Source: an uncultured Muribaculaceae bacterium | GTDB taxonomy: Bacteria; Pseudomonadota; Alphaproteobacteria; Rs-D84 | Reading direction: 5' to 3' | Length of the DNA stretch: 16,237 bases | NCBI GenBank assembly: GCA_964576135.1 | Contig: CAZNTZ010000016.1 | Coordinates: 1 to 16,237, forward strand | In this document: positions 14,409-16,237 of the stretch, one piece after another | Position numbering within the stretch: position 1 is the first letter of the stretch | How the letters are laid out: every line of letters begins with the position of its first letter | Notes under the pieces: model-generated | Told to the model about the DNA's origin: nothing | Seen by the model: the letters and a program-made list of their open reading frames with translations, nothing else | Database searches by the model: none | Made by a program: the position numbers and the translations under genes

Positions 14409-15971
14409 TTATTTCACCTTTATATAACCAATCTTTTTATTTTTACCGTTCATATAAGTATCTATTATCAATTTCGAAAGCGGTATACATGTAAACAGGG
14501 TTGTAATTATACCTATCGAAAGTGTAACTGCAAATCCACGGATTGGACCTGCACCGAATTGGAACAAAACCAAAGCACAAATAAGTGCGGTTACATTCGC
14601 ATCAAGTACAGTTTTAAGTGCACGATCAAACCCAGTATCAATGGCACGAAGCGACGAACTACCAGATTTTATTTCGTCCCTAATTCGCTCAAACGGAAGA
14701 ATATTTGCGTCAACCGCAGTACCAAGTGTAAGTGCAATTCCGGCAATTCCAGGCAAAGTAAGTGTTGCCCCCAAAAGTGCTGATACTCCAATAATCATCA
14801 TAAGGTTAATCATCAAAACTATATCCGCCATAACACCAAAACCACGATAGATAAGTATCATAAACATAATTATAAATATGACACCAATTACTGCACCCAT
14901 TTTTCCAGATGCAATAGTGTCTGCGCCAAGTCCCGCACCAACTGTTCGTTCTTCTATAACTTGTAATGGTGCTGGTAATGCACCACTGCGCAGTAAAACC
15001 GCTAAATCTTTGGCCTGTTGCAAATTAAATCCGCCACTGATTTGACCGCGTCCACCAATAATAGGTTCACGAATTGTTGGTGCACTGAGTACTTTACCAT
15101 CAAGTACTATTGCAAATCTTTCATTCACATGATCCGTTGTAAGTTTTGCAAATCTGCGTGCACCAACAGAATCAAAATTTGTCGTAACAACAGGCATATT
15201 ATTTTGATCAAATGATGCTTGGGAATCAGTCAATGATTCACCAGAAACTTCTATCCGAGAATACACAGGAACTACGGCACCACTGCTGCCGTCAAGATAT
15301 GGTAAAAATTCCGTACCTGCTGGTGCACGACCACTTGCAAGTTGTTCAGGTGTAACATTTTCATTTACCAGATGGAATGTCATTTTTGCAGTCTGACCGA
15401 TGAGATCTTTGATTCGTTCTGGGTTATCAACGCCAGGTAATTGTACTAATATATATTTACTGCCCTGTTGTTGAATCGATGGTTCTTTAGTTCCCAAAGC
15501 ATCAATTCGGCGACGAACAATTTCAATACTGCGCGTAAGTGCATCTTTGGTTACTGCTTCTTTTTGACTTTCAGAATAATATACTGACAAAGATTGACCG
15601 TTTGACGCGATATCAACTGTGTCTCCAAGCTCTGCACGCAAGCGTCCTTTGGCTTTTGAAACATCATCTGAATCACGAATTACAACAGAAACCCCATCAG
15701 TCGTTTTACGCAAATCTGCAAAACGTATAATACCTTTCTCGCGGTTTATAAGTGCGGCACGTGTCGTGTCATAAAGTTGGTTTGCTTTTTCTTTGAACAT
15801 AACATCTGTGTCAACCTCAAGCAATAATTGTGCCCCACCTTTAAGGTCAAGACCCAAACTTATTGGTTGTACCCAAGAAGGCATAAATTTAGACGCACCA
15901 CCCCAAATTGTTGGCACAGCCAATAATACCCCGAACACGGCTATGAATATAATAACAAGCTTTTTCCACAT
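14409..15971 (-). CDS. secD: Protein translocase subunit SecD
   Basis: 520 aa with an N-terminal TM, LGLDLKGGAQLLLEV, a large periplasmic domain and a C-terminal 5-TM bundle (GIAGIALTLGTAVDANI). The SD TAAGGT precedes the start. Confidence 0.94.
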   Translation of the reverse strand: MWKKLVIIFIAVFGVLLAVPTIWGGASKFMPSWVQPISLGLDLKGGAQLLLEVDTDVMFKEKANQLYDTTRAALINREKGIIRFADLRKTTDGVSVVIRDSDDVSKAKGRLRAELGDTVDIASNGQSLSVYYSESQKEAVTKDALTRSIEIVRRRIDALGTKEPSIQQQGSKYILVQLPGVDNPERIKDLIGQTAKMTFHLVNENVTPEQLASGRAPAGTEFLPYLDGSSGAVVPVYSRIEVSGESLTDSQASFDQNNMPVVTTNFDSVGARRFAKLTTDHVNERFAIVLDGKVLSAPTIREPIIGGRGQISGGFNLQQAKDLAVLLRSGALPAPLQVIEERTVGAGLGADTIASGKMGAVIGVIFIIMFMILIYRGFGVMADIVLMINLMMIIGVSALLGATLTLPGIAGIALTLGTAVDANILPFERIRDEIKSGSSSLRAIDTGFDRALKTVLDANVTALICALVLFQFGAGPIRGFAVTLSIGIITTLFTCIPLSKLIIDTYMNGKNKKIGYIKVK

Positions 15972-15994
15972 GATATAAACCTTAGATTTATTAA

Positions 15995-16237
15995 TTATGC
16001 AACGTTGATTACAGATTGTTTTGCGACATCAATAACAACACCTTTGGCGATTTCAACAGAAAGTTTATCACCGTCAATTTTTTTTACAGTTCCGTAAATG
16101 CCACCAGCGCACAATATTTTCGAACCAGATTTAATTCCTTCTAACATTTTATTGTATTCTGCCATTTTCTTTCTATTTGGACGAACCATAAAGAAATAAA
16201 TTACTGCCAAAATAACAATACTATATACAACCAGACC
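15995..16237 (-). CDS. yajC: Preprotein translocase subunit YajC; the 5' end lies beyond the right edge of the window
   Basis: The frame stays open to the window edge. Translation gives GLVVYSIVILAVIYFFMVRPNRKKMAEYNKMLEGIKSGSKILCAGGIYGTVKKI..., the YajC TM helix followed by the RPQ/NxK and GGI.G.V signature. The start in the ORF track (16210) is an internal TTG (Leu). Confidence 0.86.
   Translation of the reverse strand, partial: GLVVYSIVILAVIYFFMVRPNRKKMAEYNKMLEGIKSGSKILCAGGIYGTVKKIDGDKLSVEIAKGVVIDVAKQSVINVA

Noticed and set aside
14394-14783. 129-aa plus-strand ORF, and similar 60-120-aa ORFs antisense to secD, mreB, trmB, rarA and the OMP genes
   Set aside because: All lie within, and antisense or out of frame to, genes with strong homology support. 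Their products are Cys/Lys/Asn- or Phe/Leu-rich, as expected for shadow frames in AT-rich DNA.

Overview
Low-GC, very gene-dense bacterial chromosome segment from a diderm organism. This is shown by the SecDF/YajC genes, MreB, and two outer-membrane barrels with BamA-type C-terminal Phe signals. The proteins look proteobacterial (the MreB N-terminus is alphaproteobacteria-like), but the taxon cannot be fixed from this window. I support 16 CDSs. On the left are thrS (its 3' end runs off the window), a minus-strand gltX-GNAT-hemolysin III operon, and a plus-strand trmB-rarA pair. From 6069 to the right edge everything is on the minus strand: yajC-secD-secF-(S41 peptidase-like)-PAP2, then two paralogous OMPs, then monocistronic mreB, then two secreted proteins of unknown family. 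I found no rRNA, tRNA, CRISPR, IS or phage genes. The best candidate for something undescribed is the AT-rich, translationally coupled gene pair at 6069-7962. Both proteins share a module of signal peptide, coiled coil, one conserved Cys, glycine-zipper hydrophobic segment and coiled coil. The longer one adds an 18-Cys C-terminal region. Their promoter carries a ~21-nt block that recurs upstream of the OMP operon. Also notable are an S41 peptidase homologue with both catalytic-dyad residues replaced, fused into the secDF operon, and a ThrRS that lacks the N-terminal TGS domain. All promoter, terminator and functional calls are by-eye inferences, and no searches were run.
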